From an uncultured Planctomycetales bacterium (GTDB lineage Bacteria; Omnitrophota; Gorgyraeia; Gygaellales; Profunditerraquicolaceae), in the NCBI GenBank assembly GCA_964354585.1, contig CAYHAI010000052.1, positions 6,283 to 70,282 of the forward strand: a stretch of DNA of 64,000 bases. Direction: 5' to 3'. Every line of letters begins with the position of its first letter. The stretch's first letter is position 1. Shown in pieces: positions 1 through 12,400 of the stretch. The notes below the pieces were generated by a model. It had not been told where the DNA came from and did not search any database. It was given only the letters and a program-made list of their open reading frames with translations. A program made the translations under genes and the position numbers.

Positions 1-1
1 T

Positions 2-470
2 GCCTGCCTCTGCGCCCACAGCAAGCTTTCCTAAATTAAATCTTACTCCTGCCGATGGAAATACCTCTTCGTTCTTACCCCAAAGGTCATCTACGCCTTC
101 GCTAATTCTATTGGCAGCCAAAGTTAAAATTACCTTCTTTGATTCTTTTTCATAGACTTTTATTTCCGCGGTTAACTTCTGATAATTATATGCGTCATTG
201 ACTTTCAGGCGCGTCGGTGATACTTCTATCACATCATAAGTTAAGAAATCAATGATACGCGCTCCGGAGGGCTCTTTACTTTGGGCAATACCTGCGCCCG
301 CATCAAGAACCAAAGCCACGCGCGGAAGCATATCATATCTTACTGTCCCTGCTACTGCTGCTACGCTACTTCTGCCTTGCGCCTCGGTTTCTATTAAACC
401 GGTTATGCCCAGATAAATCTTTTCATTGGCCTGCCAACCAAAACTATCCACAATCAGATAATAATTCCTC
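2..470 (-). other. Giant-protein segment: probable outer-membrane beta-barrel strands (continues beyond window)
   Basis: Consecutive amphipathic strands: KIYLGITGLIE, VAAVAGTVRYD, VALVLDAGAG, KLTAEIKVY, VILTLAANR, VFPSAGVRFNLGKLAVGAEAG. Confidence 0.5.
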
Positions 471-3400
471 TTCTCCATCTTGCCGGTTTCTTTATCCTTT
501 TCTCCATCCCAACTGGTGAGGTATCTTTCCCGGCTTTCTACGCCAAAGAGAAGATTATTCAACCATTTTGCCTGTTCAGGCTCAAGCCGCAGGCCTACCA
601 CCACATATTTGCGGCTAGGAGCATCCTTGGCATTACCTTGCACTGAGCCCACATAAGCATCAATACCAATACTATTTAAGAATCTCACTAAATCATAGGC
701 GGCTAATTGCGTGGAGACGGAGAAGTCACTTTCTTTACCGTGCTGGGGAGAGAATCTTGCTTCGGCAACCTGTTTCATATCTCCCATAAAGATTAAAGGC
801 TGGATATCGGGACGGGAAGGAACAAGAATTTTCTCACCTACTTTCACGATCAAAGGCGGACTGCGCTCTAAGAGCTTAAAGACGCTGGTTAATTGGGGAA
901 TAATGCGTTCTTGCGCTTGCGGCTGTAGGTTACCATTATCTTTTATATAATTTTCTACTGACTTTCCTAAGCCCTTCACCTTCTCGTTATATTTCTTTAA
1001 ACTTTCTGCGTATGCTTGATAAGCCGTTTCGGCAGCCTCTTTAGATTTATTAGCAGCTTGCTTTGCCTTATTTATCTGGCTGATGGCTTCTAAGCGGTTC
1101 TTATTTATCGCTGCCATGCTATGCAGGTCTTGCATTATCCTATTCCAAGGCGTACGGCCAAATCCGGAGCGCGCTTCTACTGTGACCAAGGCTTGCTCTA
1201 CCTGCTCTCTAATCCAATTCTGATATAGTTTAAGTTTCTCTAATTTATCGCCAAAATATTCTTCTAACGCGCCTTGTGTTTCTTCGATGAGCGTCTTGCG
1301 TTCAGTATAAATAGCGATTTCTTTTTCGCGGTTAGGTATCTTGCGCGCCACTACCTCAGCCGGCGTCTCAGAGGCGCCATCAGTGAGTTGATACTGCTCA
1401 TCTTTGGCTAATTCCGGAACTAAGTAATTAACTAAATATTCTCTTTCTGCGGCCAGATTATTTATCCAACGGTTGGCTAATTCTTCATGTTTTCCATGTG
1501 CTAAGGCTCCTTTCCAATAGTTCGTTTCTTCAGTAATTCTGTTTAAACGACCCATCTTCTGGGTATAAGTCGGATCCTGGTCATCCTCATAGATATATCT
1601 TCTTATTTCTGGTATAGTGTGTATCTTAGATTCATCAATGGCTGTGTTGGGGTCATCTGTGAGTTGCTGAAGCGGGAAAAGCGGCAGACCTTTGTAACTG
1701 GGCAAGACTAAAGCCTTGATTGCCTGGAGGGAATCTATCCGGTTATTCCAGACTTCAATTTCTTGGGTGCGTATGGTCTTCTTTCTGGCAATTAATTGCT
1801 GAATACTCTCAGAAGCACCTTCAGTCAGCTGATATTGTTCATCTTGATTAACTTCCTCCAATACGGCATTGCCATAAGCAAGCTCTGAGGTTAAACTATC
1901 CATTATCTTCTGAAATGCCTGCACTGCCGCAGGATAATTATTAAATATAGTCTGTTGCCTCTGCCAATAAGGCGTCTCTTCATTTTGAATTCTGGCTAAT
2001 CTTCCCATCGTCTGGGTGGCATCGGGGGAGTCGTCATCGCTTAACCAGTATTTTCTTATTTGCGCTACAGTATAAATTTCCGGATGCCCGGCAACGGGAT
2101 TGATGGGAATAATCTTAAGATTCTTATAGCCGGAAACTAAGAGGTCCCTTAAAGCATCCAGGGCATTTAACCTTTGTGACCAAAGATTAATCTCTTGACT
2201 CCTTATCGCCTTCTTTCTGGCGATTAGTTCTGAAATAGTCTCAAAGGCGCCAAGGGTCTGTTGATAACGTGCATCCCTATTGGCTTCATCTAAAACTGCA
2301 TTACCATAACTAAGTTCGGTATTTAAACTGCCTATCATTGACTGCACTGCTGCCTTCTGCTCATCCGTAGCATTGGGGCTGTTGTATTCTTTCTGCCAAT
2401 AAGGCAGGTCTTCATTTTGAATTCTGGCTAATCTTCCCATCTTTTGTTTGGCACCGGCTAAGTGGTCATCGTTTGACCAATAATCTCTTACTTGCGCTAC
2501 AGTAGGAACTTCGGGATGGCCGTCAACGGGATTGATAGGGATAAGCCGAAGATTATCCTCTGGCCCGGTGTTCCAATAATTGAGTTCGCTTTCGGCATTG
2601 GCTTGCTTTGTCTGGGTATCGGTTATCCAATTGTCTTTGACGTCATAGGGATTGCTTACTGGTTCGCTTATTTCGCTATTCCAATAATTGAGTTCGCTTT
2701 CGGCATTGGCTTGCTTTGTCTGGGTATCAGTAATCCAGCTATCTTTTACCTCATAAGGATTAGCCATTGATTGGCCTATATTCTTTAACTGCGCTAATCC
2801 TTCCTCTGCCTCTTTTAGGCGCGCCTCTAAATCGGCTGTGGAGTCCTTAAGTTTATCAATAAGTTCTTGCACCTTTTGTTCCTGAAAGGCAAAATATTTA
2901 TCCAATAATTCTTTCATTGCTGCCTTCGGGCCGATTTCTTTAGCGCGGGCTTCCATCTCCTTACATAACTGCTTATAAACCTTATCCATTTCCAAGGCAA
3001 TCTGGTCTATCCATTGATAGATATAGAGCTTAGAATCCATCTTAATCTGCAGTTCTTCTAAAGAACGCATCAGGTCATTGAATGACCTTCCTGTCTGCTC
3101 TAAAGATGTGCCTCTTAATTTCTTTTCCGTATTTAACCAACTAAGTTTATCTTTCTCAAACTGTGTTTGCGCCTTAATAAATTCTTCTCTTTGGACTTTT
3201 AACTGCTCTTGAATGGCCTTGAGCTGGTTAATCCTCTCCTGCATCTGGCTATCTAAGTTAATCCCTACACCGGCTAACTGTCTATCCAAATTGCTGAGGT
3301 CAGTAAAATCCAATTGCGAAAGCACAGAATAATTGAATGTATCTGTGGTCTCTGGTTTAAATTGCTCCCTCTTAACTTCTTGGGTAAAAGGAACTCTATC

Positions 3401-6400
3401 TTTGTAGACTTTTAGCCTGCCATCGGCAGTAATCTCAGCAGACAAAACGCCTTCTTCTTGCATCTTTTTATAAATATCTTCCGCATTTACTCCGTATTCT
3501 ACAACGCCAAATTCGCCCTCCTTTAAACCAAAACCTGACCTAAGAATCGCTACTTGCGGCTTGCCGGGTTCATTCTGGATATCTATCCTGGCTATCTCGG
3601 CATTATTTCTATCTTTGTCTTTGTAACTGATAGTTGCCTTCTGGCCATCTTCCAGCAATTGAATATTTAACTTGCGCACTTCTTCGGGAGTATAAAGATA
3701 AGCAGTGCCATAAGACGTAATTACTCTGGCTAAAGGTAGGCCGGTGAGACTATCGGGTTTAGGGACTAAAACTCCGATGCGCCCCTTGCTGCCTATGATA
3801 TCTTGCGGGATTATCTTTATGTCTTGCGGCCAGATAAACTCGGTATCGCCAATCTTTACTTTGATATCCGCAGGTAAATCTTTTACCTTAGTATCCAAAG
3901 ATAAACTTTCTTTTAAGCTCTTTTGATACTGAGAAATTTGGTTTAACTCATCAAAAATAGGTGTTGAACCTAAAAATTTCAACGTCAGAATATCTTGGCC
4001 CTGTTCGGTGTCAAAGATAAGCAAATCTGCCTTAATCTGCTGCCACTCTTCACCGTACATCTTTCTCTGCATCCAATAACTATATTGGCTAGCCACTGGG
4101 CTATAAATTGCCACTCCTAAAATGGGTGTTTTGTCCTGGCGATAACCATAGACATAGGGAAGAACTTCTGTATTCACTTTCTTACACAGGTCTAAATTCA
4201 TCTGCGTGCGCTCTGGCAATTCCTGTAGAGCGCTTAGAGGCATGTTAAAAGGCGAATAGAATATCTTTTCTACATCACCGGTAATAGGATTAACTACTCC
4301 GCCAAATATAGTGCGGCCTTCATGATCCTCACCGCTATAAATCATACATTGTTTCTCTAGGTTATCCAGCATCCAGGCCGAAGGAATGATATAAACGTTA
4401 TTTTCCTCTAACCAAAGGCCGAATTTCTTACAGAATTTCTTAGTCAATGGCTCAGCAAATCCTTCGGGCTGGTAGAACCACCTCTCACGAAAGGCTAAAT
4501 ATTTCTTCGGTTGCTTTAAGTTCGTTAAATCATAAAAATATCCTTCGGCATATTCACCATTGCGTTTAATCATATAAAGATGGTTTCTGTCCATATCCTG
4601 CGGCGCCAGCCGGGAAAATAATATTGCATTCTTGCCAAATTTTACAACCGCCTGATATTCTGCTTTTTCCCAAGGCGCTTGATTATTCGGGTCGCCAAAG
4701 AGTCCACCTATAAGCGGAAATCTTCCCAAGGTTTCTTCGGGGATAGATTTGATAATCCTAGCCGGGGTCAGGCCTAAGTAATCGGCTACTTTTTGCAATT
4801 CTCTCGGTTCTTGATTATCAATCTCAGAATTAGGAATAAATCGATTTTTAATCAATAATCCGAAAAATTCAGCTTCGTTGGGAAGCCATACTCCGCCGTT
4901 TCCTTCGTCTCTTCCTTCAGGGTCAAATTCATTATCCAGCAGAAGATTGCGCACCCCCAATATTGCCTCGGGAAGGAAAACATAAGTTAAAGGAGTTACA
5001 TTCTTCTGGGCTACTCCTAAGCCCATCTGCACCAGATTAGCTGGTTCTTGGAGTTGACTGGGTACGGCTAAACTCAGCATAAAGTTACTGCCCAGTTCCT
5101 GAGAAAAGATGCTTCCAATAGGAGAATATTGATAACCTATGCCAATAAAGAGATTGGATTTGGGTTGTTTGAAATTTATCTTCTTCTGTTCTGCCAGATT
5201 TGCGCCTGCTAATCTCTCCGGGCCAAAGAACCTCGCCATCCCATAACTATACAGATAGCCCTCTATCGCCTTCTGATATTTTTCTTGTGAAACCCAAGTC
5301 AGGTTATCGAACCTCTCCAACGATTCTCTTAATTTTTTATTTTTTTCTTCTAATTCTTGCTGCTGCTTATCTATTTTTGCTTTTCTTTCTGCCAGTTCCT
5401 GCTCTGCCTTTAATACTTCATAGCGGCGGGTCAATACATTTTCTCTCAGCGCCTTCCTGCTTTTCTCTTCAGGATTTTGCGGCTCAATTGCCCTATTTTT
5501 ATTTATCTCGTTAATCACCTGGTTTATACCAACTTGAAGGTTAGCGCCCTCTTCTGGCTCCAGCCATTTATTAGCCAAATTAACCAAATCATCTAATCTA
5601 TTACCAATTGACTGCGGTAGGCCTGCAATAGCTTGAATCTGCTGTTGGATATCCTGGATTTGCTTTTCTAATCCCTGAATCCTTAGCTCTCTTTGGGCAA
5701 TACACTCCTTGGCCTCGGCTATCTTTTTCTCAACTTCATCAAGTTTTGCTTTCAGTTCTGCTTCGGTTTGAGGCACAACTCCCAACATTGTCGCCAAAGC
5801 AGCATTATAGGCAGCATTGGCAGCTGCAGTGGGATAACCCTTAAATTCAAGGGCTTTCTGCTCGGATATAGCAGGAGAGATAAGTGAATTGAAGGCTGAA
5901 CCAATACGAAATCCAGTATTAACCGCAATATTTTGAGCAAAACGCTTAAACCATCCGGGTTGCTTTGTCTTAGGAGGACCTCTAATGTGAGGATTCTCCA
6001 TTCCTGCTTGCGTGACCTTTTCTGAATCAGCAGCCACCAACACACCATTAGATTCAGGCTTAATCACGGTAGCCGCCTCTTGCCCAAACATCACTGGCTG
6101 GGGCTGATTTGGCAAAACCTTACTCTGCGGGATGAGGGTTTCGGATTTTTGTTCAGTTTTTCCGCCGCCCAGCACGAAGGGACTAAAGTCCTTATCTATT
6201 AGATACATCCAGGAAGTGGAAGTAGTGCTCAACACATCCGGTGAATGTGAATTCCAGCCAAAAGGTATAGGCCCGCGCCTTGAACTATAAGAGTAGGCTA
6301 CTTTATCAGGGGCAACCTGATACTTATATGCATCTACGCCCTGACGCATAGATTTTTCGTCTTCTTTTACCTCTTTTGCCCAGTCAGGATGGGTTTTCTG

Positions 6401-9400
6401 ATAGTAGTCGGCAAGCGTGCGGCTGGCTAAAATAGCTCCGGCTGTCCATTCAATGGAAAGACGATCGTGTTCGCTGGTAAAACCAACACCGCAAAGCTTC
6501 TCATTTAAGTAATAACCTGCCAACTTTTTAGTTCCCTCCCACATCTTCATGGCTGAACCTTCACCAAACCATGAATCAATTAGTTTTGGCCCTAGCACAG
6601 CTATAGCCCAAGTCTGACAGTCGGTGGCAAAGTGCTCTTTATTAACTGTCCATTTACCTCCCCAGAACCTACCTTCCTGCCAATGCATACCCTGGTAAAA
6701 CGTCTTGGCATTAGAATCCCAAGCCTGCTTAAAATAGTTTTCGATCTTTCCCATAGCATTTTTATAGATTCCCTTGCCGGTTGCCTGATGCAACATTCTA
6801 AATGCGGCATACCAGGAAAGATTATTTTCTGTAGAGATTTCATTATAATACCAACTACGTTCTGTATCCGCATCCGTATAATGCGTTCCTATAGGCGCCA
6901 TACGAATACCGCCTACGTCAGACTGAAGTAACATTGCTGCCCGAGCAATCTCTTCTGCCAACGCAAGCTCAACCGAGTCCTTGGGAGCGGGATTATAATT
7001 TTCGGTCTTGATATTGTAATATTTGGCGTGATAAAGCTGCAAGGCAGCCATGGTTACCCAGGCATTTTCTCCGGCAATCGGTTTCCAGTCCTCCCAGTGA
7101 ATGGTCGGCCAAGTGGGGAATCCTTGCATTTCGGTTTTATTGTCAAGCGGGTCGGCTAAATTATACCGACCGTCAGCCGATATAATCCTGAAGATAAAGC
7201 CTCTTTTCCCTTTATCGCGGAAATAACCGGAGATGGTATTCGGATTATCTTTATCGTAGATAAATTCTTGGACTTTGCTCCCTTTCTGAAAACCAGCTCG
7301 AATAGAATCTAAAACAGAACCTCTCCAATAGATTTCAACCGGAACGCTTGCCTTTGCCACATTGTCCTTGTTGTCTGAGGCGATCAAAGCCATCTGCCAG
7401 CAAGCACCGTCATAAATTTCTAACCCATAGGCGACAATAAGGCGTTCGATAATTGCCTCTACAGTATTGGTTGGGCCTATCTCTTGATAAACTTTATTTT
7501 CTTGCCCTTTGCGCACTTGGAAACTATAAGGCAAGCCGCTATCAGCACAGATACTATTTTCCAACCACTTGAGTGCTTCATTACTCTCCCCTATTGCTAC
7601 AGTGGATAAAAGCTGGCCTAATACAAGGGCATCATTACTTGCCGCGGCAAACTGAATGGGCCTTCCGTCGGGATAACTAAGGTGCAAAATATCGTTGCTC
7701 TGGGGCTCAAGGGTTTCGGATTTTGGCGCCCAAACCTGAGCCATTGCTGTAAGAACCTTCTTGGGTGTGCCATCAATTTTAACAAATCCCCAATATTCTT
7801 CCGAGAAACGGTCTCCTGCATTGGGTCCCGACAGACTGCTAATTCCGTGCTTATCCTGTTGTTTGGGATTGCCTGCTTTCCACCACTCATCCTGCCAAGT
7901 CATAAAGGTTACACCCGCACAAATATCTTTACCTTGATCAATCGCCTCCCATATCGCCACATTTGCCTTGGCCTGAGCATCTTCATCTTCTTTTGCTTCA
8001 GCATCATTAAGGGAATCAATGCCTGTCTCCGAGATATACATCGGTTTATTGGAAATCTCACGCCACTGTTCAAAAGCAGAAGTAATATCTATACCACGGT
8101 ACATATTCAGACCCCAAACTTGCACCGATGGGCACTTATTCACAATCTCTGCCTCAGGCACTTCACCATGAGCAGTTGATACGGGATGACGAGAATCTAA
8201 CTGTCGTGCTGTCTTAGCTGCATTTTCTAATATCGGATACCAATTATTTACATTTCCGCCAAACCACTCAGGATGATAATTATATTCATTACCGAACTCC
8301 CACATTAAGATTGCCGGATGCGCTTTAAATCTTCTTATATAATCTTTGTAGCCGCCTCCTTGAATATCCGCTCCCGGACTAAATCTGTCATCGTAATTAG
8401 GAAAGTTCACAATCACTCTGATGCCGTGCTGTGCAAAAGTGTCTAATAAATCTTTTTCCGCTGGAACATAGGTGCGCACAGTATTTATTCCCGCATTTGC
8501 CATCTTTTTGATGTTTTCTATTTTTACTGAACTTAAATTCAATACTAAATTCTGACGGTCTTGACCGCGAGGAACAGTGGATAAAGTTACGCCACGAATT
8601 TGGTAGGGTTTACCAGCTACTAATAATTGTCTATCTTGAATAGTTACAGGTTGGAATTGAAGAGGTGTTGCTTTTGCTTCAAGCAGTTCTACTTTAGGCT
8701 GCGGCTCTTTTGCTTTCTTTAACTCCCCTAATTGCTTAAGGATCCGTGTCTTTTCCTGCTCATATTTCTTTAATTGCTCTTGGTCCTGCCCAAGCGCCTT
8801 TGTTTCCTGAGCCAGTTCTGCCTCGAGATTAGCTAATTTGGCTTTAAGCCCCTCAACCTGCGGGGTTACTGTGGTTGAGGACGGTTCTATTTTTCCTGCC
8901 GGCGGGGCGGTGGCATCATAAGCTTTTACCTGCGGATTAACAACATTTTCTTGATTAGTCGGATTAATCTGGCTATTATTTGCATCGGATTTAATTTCTA
9001 TGTCTTTAACGGTTTGGGCGGCTAGCTGTTTGCCTATACCGGAGTTAATGGCCGTGTTCGAATCCTCGACAATCGGTTTTTCTTTGGGCATGGCCGGGAG
9101 TGCTGGATTAGCTTCAGAAGCAACAGCAGTTAAGATTGTTTTTACTGCCTTAGGGAAGAATCCTTCGAAATCTATATGTTCGGCTGTATCTTTTGGCCCA
9201 TTAAAATATGTATTTTCTGCTCTCAGCTCTTCTGCTGTATCTTCGGCAATGACTATTGTAGGAATATTTTCTCTCTGGAATTCATCATCATCGCTGTCAT
9301 AACCGGAATCAGGAGAAATCTTCACGGCCAAATCAAGAACATGCTCCCTTATAGCGTCGGAGGCTCTTTGAATCAGCTCTTTAGATACTTCTGGATTACC

Positions 9401-12400
9401 CTTATCATACATCAAATCAATGTTTTCTAGTCCAGCCGTTTCTTTTTCTCCTTGATTATTTCCAATCATATCCACGATAAATACTCCAAGGATGTCTTGC
9501 TTTTCTTGTTCGGACAATTGTTCTAAATAGAATTTACTACCTAAATCACCTTCTTCCTCTCCGGTAAAGAAGGTAATTTCAATAGTATTTTCAAAACTAA
9601 ATTGGGAAAGAATTCTTGCGCCTTCTAATAAAGCGGCAACTCCTGTAGCATTATCATTAGCCCCTGGCCCACCCTCGCAGTCATAATGAGCGCCAAGAAT
9701 AACTTTCTTATCAGGATGCTTTGTCCCTGGAATCCTTACAATAATATTAGTTGCTGCGCCAATTAAAGAATTATCAACCAACTCACACGAAAATAGCTTT
9801 GGGAGGTTAAGTTCTGGGAGGTTTCCCTTGAACTTCTCAAAATCGAATTGTCCAGAAAGCTCTGCAGTTCCCCTTTCTGGCGCTAATGATGCAGATAAGT
9901 CATTTTTGATCGCATTTAAATGATATCCATGACCTCCGGATCTCAAAACCAATTCTCCCGTTATAGTAGTAGGATCGTCTATAAGAGTACCCCAATTACT
10001 TGAAAGATATTTCATATCACTTGGGCTCGTGCGCTTAAAGTCGTGCTCGCGCACTTTATATCCCTGTATAGTAAATCTCTGCAAGGTGTATCCCTTCTTA
10101 ATCTGATCCTCTGTCTGTTTTAATCCATATGCGTTTAACTGACCGACTATATATTTTTCGGCCGCTTTAATATTGTTAACATCTTCCGTGTATGTCTTTC
10201 TCTCGCCAATATTAGCCAAGTTTTCCACGTGCAATTTCAAGTTTTCTTTTGAGACAGCATTTTCTATAATAATTGGGGACGGTTCTATTTTTCCTGCCGG
10301 CGGGGCGGTGGAAGGATGGCCGAGAGATGCAAGTAACCTATTGAGCTCATTAAAATCTATAAGTGGCCTGCCTAACATATCTGGACCGGCTAATCCATAA
10401 TTACCGCCTAAGTAATAATTATTAGCACCCAAACCAAAAAGACTATTGCCATTCTGGCCAGAAGCAGCGTTATTGTTTGTAGAAGCATGGGTAATGCCGG
10501 CAAAACCCACAAGCGCTACCGCTGCCACAGCTATGCCGGCAGCAATTTTTAATGGGCTGAAGCGCGGCATCCTAACCGGCGCTACAATATCCTCTCTTAA
10601 CGCCGTGAAGGTATTACGCAGTTGCGACATAACTGTTTGTAAATCTAATAACTGCCTCCTGAAAGTATTTCTGATTTCTGCGAGTTTCTGCTTAATCGCT
10701 ATCTCTTTCTGCGCGGCTTTTTCGCGGCCCATCTTTATTCTGCGCCAAATCTTGGCTAAAAATCTCAGGGCTAAAGTGTAATCTCTGGCAATGTGGGCAT
10801 TGGTGGAGAGATACTGCCTGCATTTTATTTCTGCTAATACAGAATCAATGATTTTCTGACGGCCAGCGCTAATTTCCATCTCTGAAATATTCGCCGTATC
10901 TCCTCTGACAGTGCCCAATAATTTCTTCAATGTTTCGCAACTAAGGGTTCCTTTGGCAAGCTCCACAGCTTTTGCTTCATTGAAATCTCTCGCCATTTCT
11001 TTGAACAAGTAAGCTATGAGTATTCCCATGAACTTCTTTTCTCTTTCCTGTGATAGAGGCTGCTGATTATTGTGCGAAAGCAAATATTCCTTAATCCATT
11101 CGTAATAACCCTTGAATACCGTGTACATTAACCATTCAGCCGAGGAAGGAACGTCTTGTTTTAATAAAGAGTTATTTAATTCGGAGTTTCGGTTTATTCT
11201 CTCGCTTAGCTTATTTGCAAGATTCTCTAATTTGCCAATTCGTTTCAAGACATCTTCCTTATCAATTTCAGCGACTCTATTAACATCCGCCTTCAATTCT
11301 GCTAATATCCTGTTTATCTTGTCCAATCGCCCGAATAAGACTGCATTAGGTCCTTCAAGCAGAGATTCTTTAGCAAGATATGCTTCAATCTTGGGTATTA
11401 AATCTGCGTAAGGGGCTCTTAAACCGCTTAAGAATTTTAGCGACTGGCCGTTAAGATAGATTTTAGATTTCTTGCTTAATATCTTAACTAACCCGACTAC
11501 CGCAACCACTGTTCCTATAACCCCAACAATCCAGACCCAGGGAAGCGTAGCCACTACCGACACTAGCGCAGCTGTGCCATATGCTTTAACTGCCCACGCA
11601 GCCAACGCTAATACCACCCCTGCGCCAGCCAGACAAGGAACCATCTTATCTACCCAGGTAAAGCCGTTGGGGCGCTGGCGTGCCTTTACTGCCGCTCTAC
11701 AGTTATCCAAATAGTCTCTATAACCCTGCATATGTTTCTTGCCAAGCTTTGGACGATTATTCGATCCTCTCTCATAGTTTTTCAATAAAGCTTCGTAATC
11801 TTCCAATAAAGCCTTAGCCTGCGACCAGTTGGCTTGGTCTATTGCTTGCCTGATTTGTTTTCCTAACTCCTCCAACTCCACTATTATAACGTCCTTGCTA
11901 ATCTTGGGTCCTGCGGCTTGTGCTCCAGAAACGGAAGGAATTCCATTCCTATCTTTTTTGGCTTGGGCTATGGTTTGAGCAGTAGTAATGCAATTGTGTA
12001 GCTTTTCATATTTTCCTAATTCTTCCAAAAGTAATTTACGAACTTCTTCTGCTTCTGGTATACTCTTTAATTTATCGGATATCCTCAAAAGCTCAGAATA
12101 AATTACAACAAACTTTCCGACCATTTCTTTAATCTTATCCTTAGCGTTAACATTACCTGCTTGTATTAGTTGCGCTGCTACCTGCTGAAGCTGTTTTGTT
12201 CCTGTGAGAATTTTTTGCTGTAACTCTATTGTCTCTGTCATATTGGTGGCAGCTGGTTGAAAAGTGGGTTTTACTTTTTCCGGTTTTAATTCCTCAAGCC
12301 TAAGTATTACTTTGGCAAAATTATCTTTGAATTGTTCCGGATTCATTTTTCGTTGTTGCTCTTCAAGTATTTCTTCGGCTTGGAGATGCCCCGCTTTATA

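Noticed and set aside
2571-2765. Direct repeats that might suggest a CRISPR array
   Set aside because: Only two units with a 108-bp in-frame period and similar intervening sequence; no cas genes; a coding duplication
5752-7890. Alternate-frame minus-strand ORFs (5752-6048, 6601-6873, 7618-7890)
   Set aside because: Lie within the giant frame (two over an enzyme-like domain); no convincing RBS or protein-like composition
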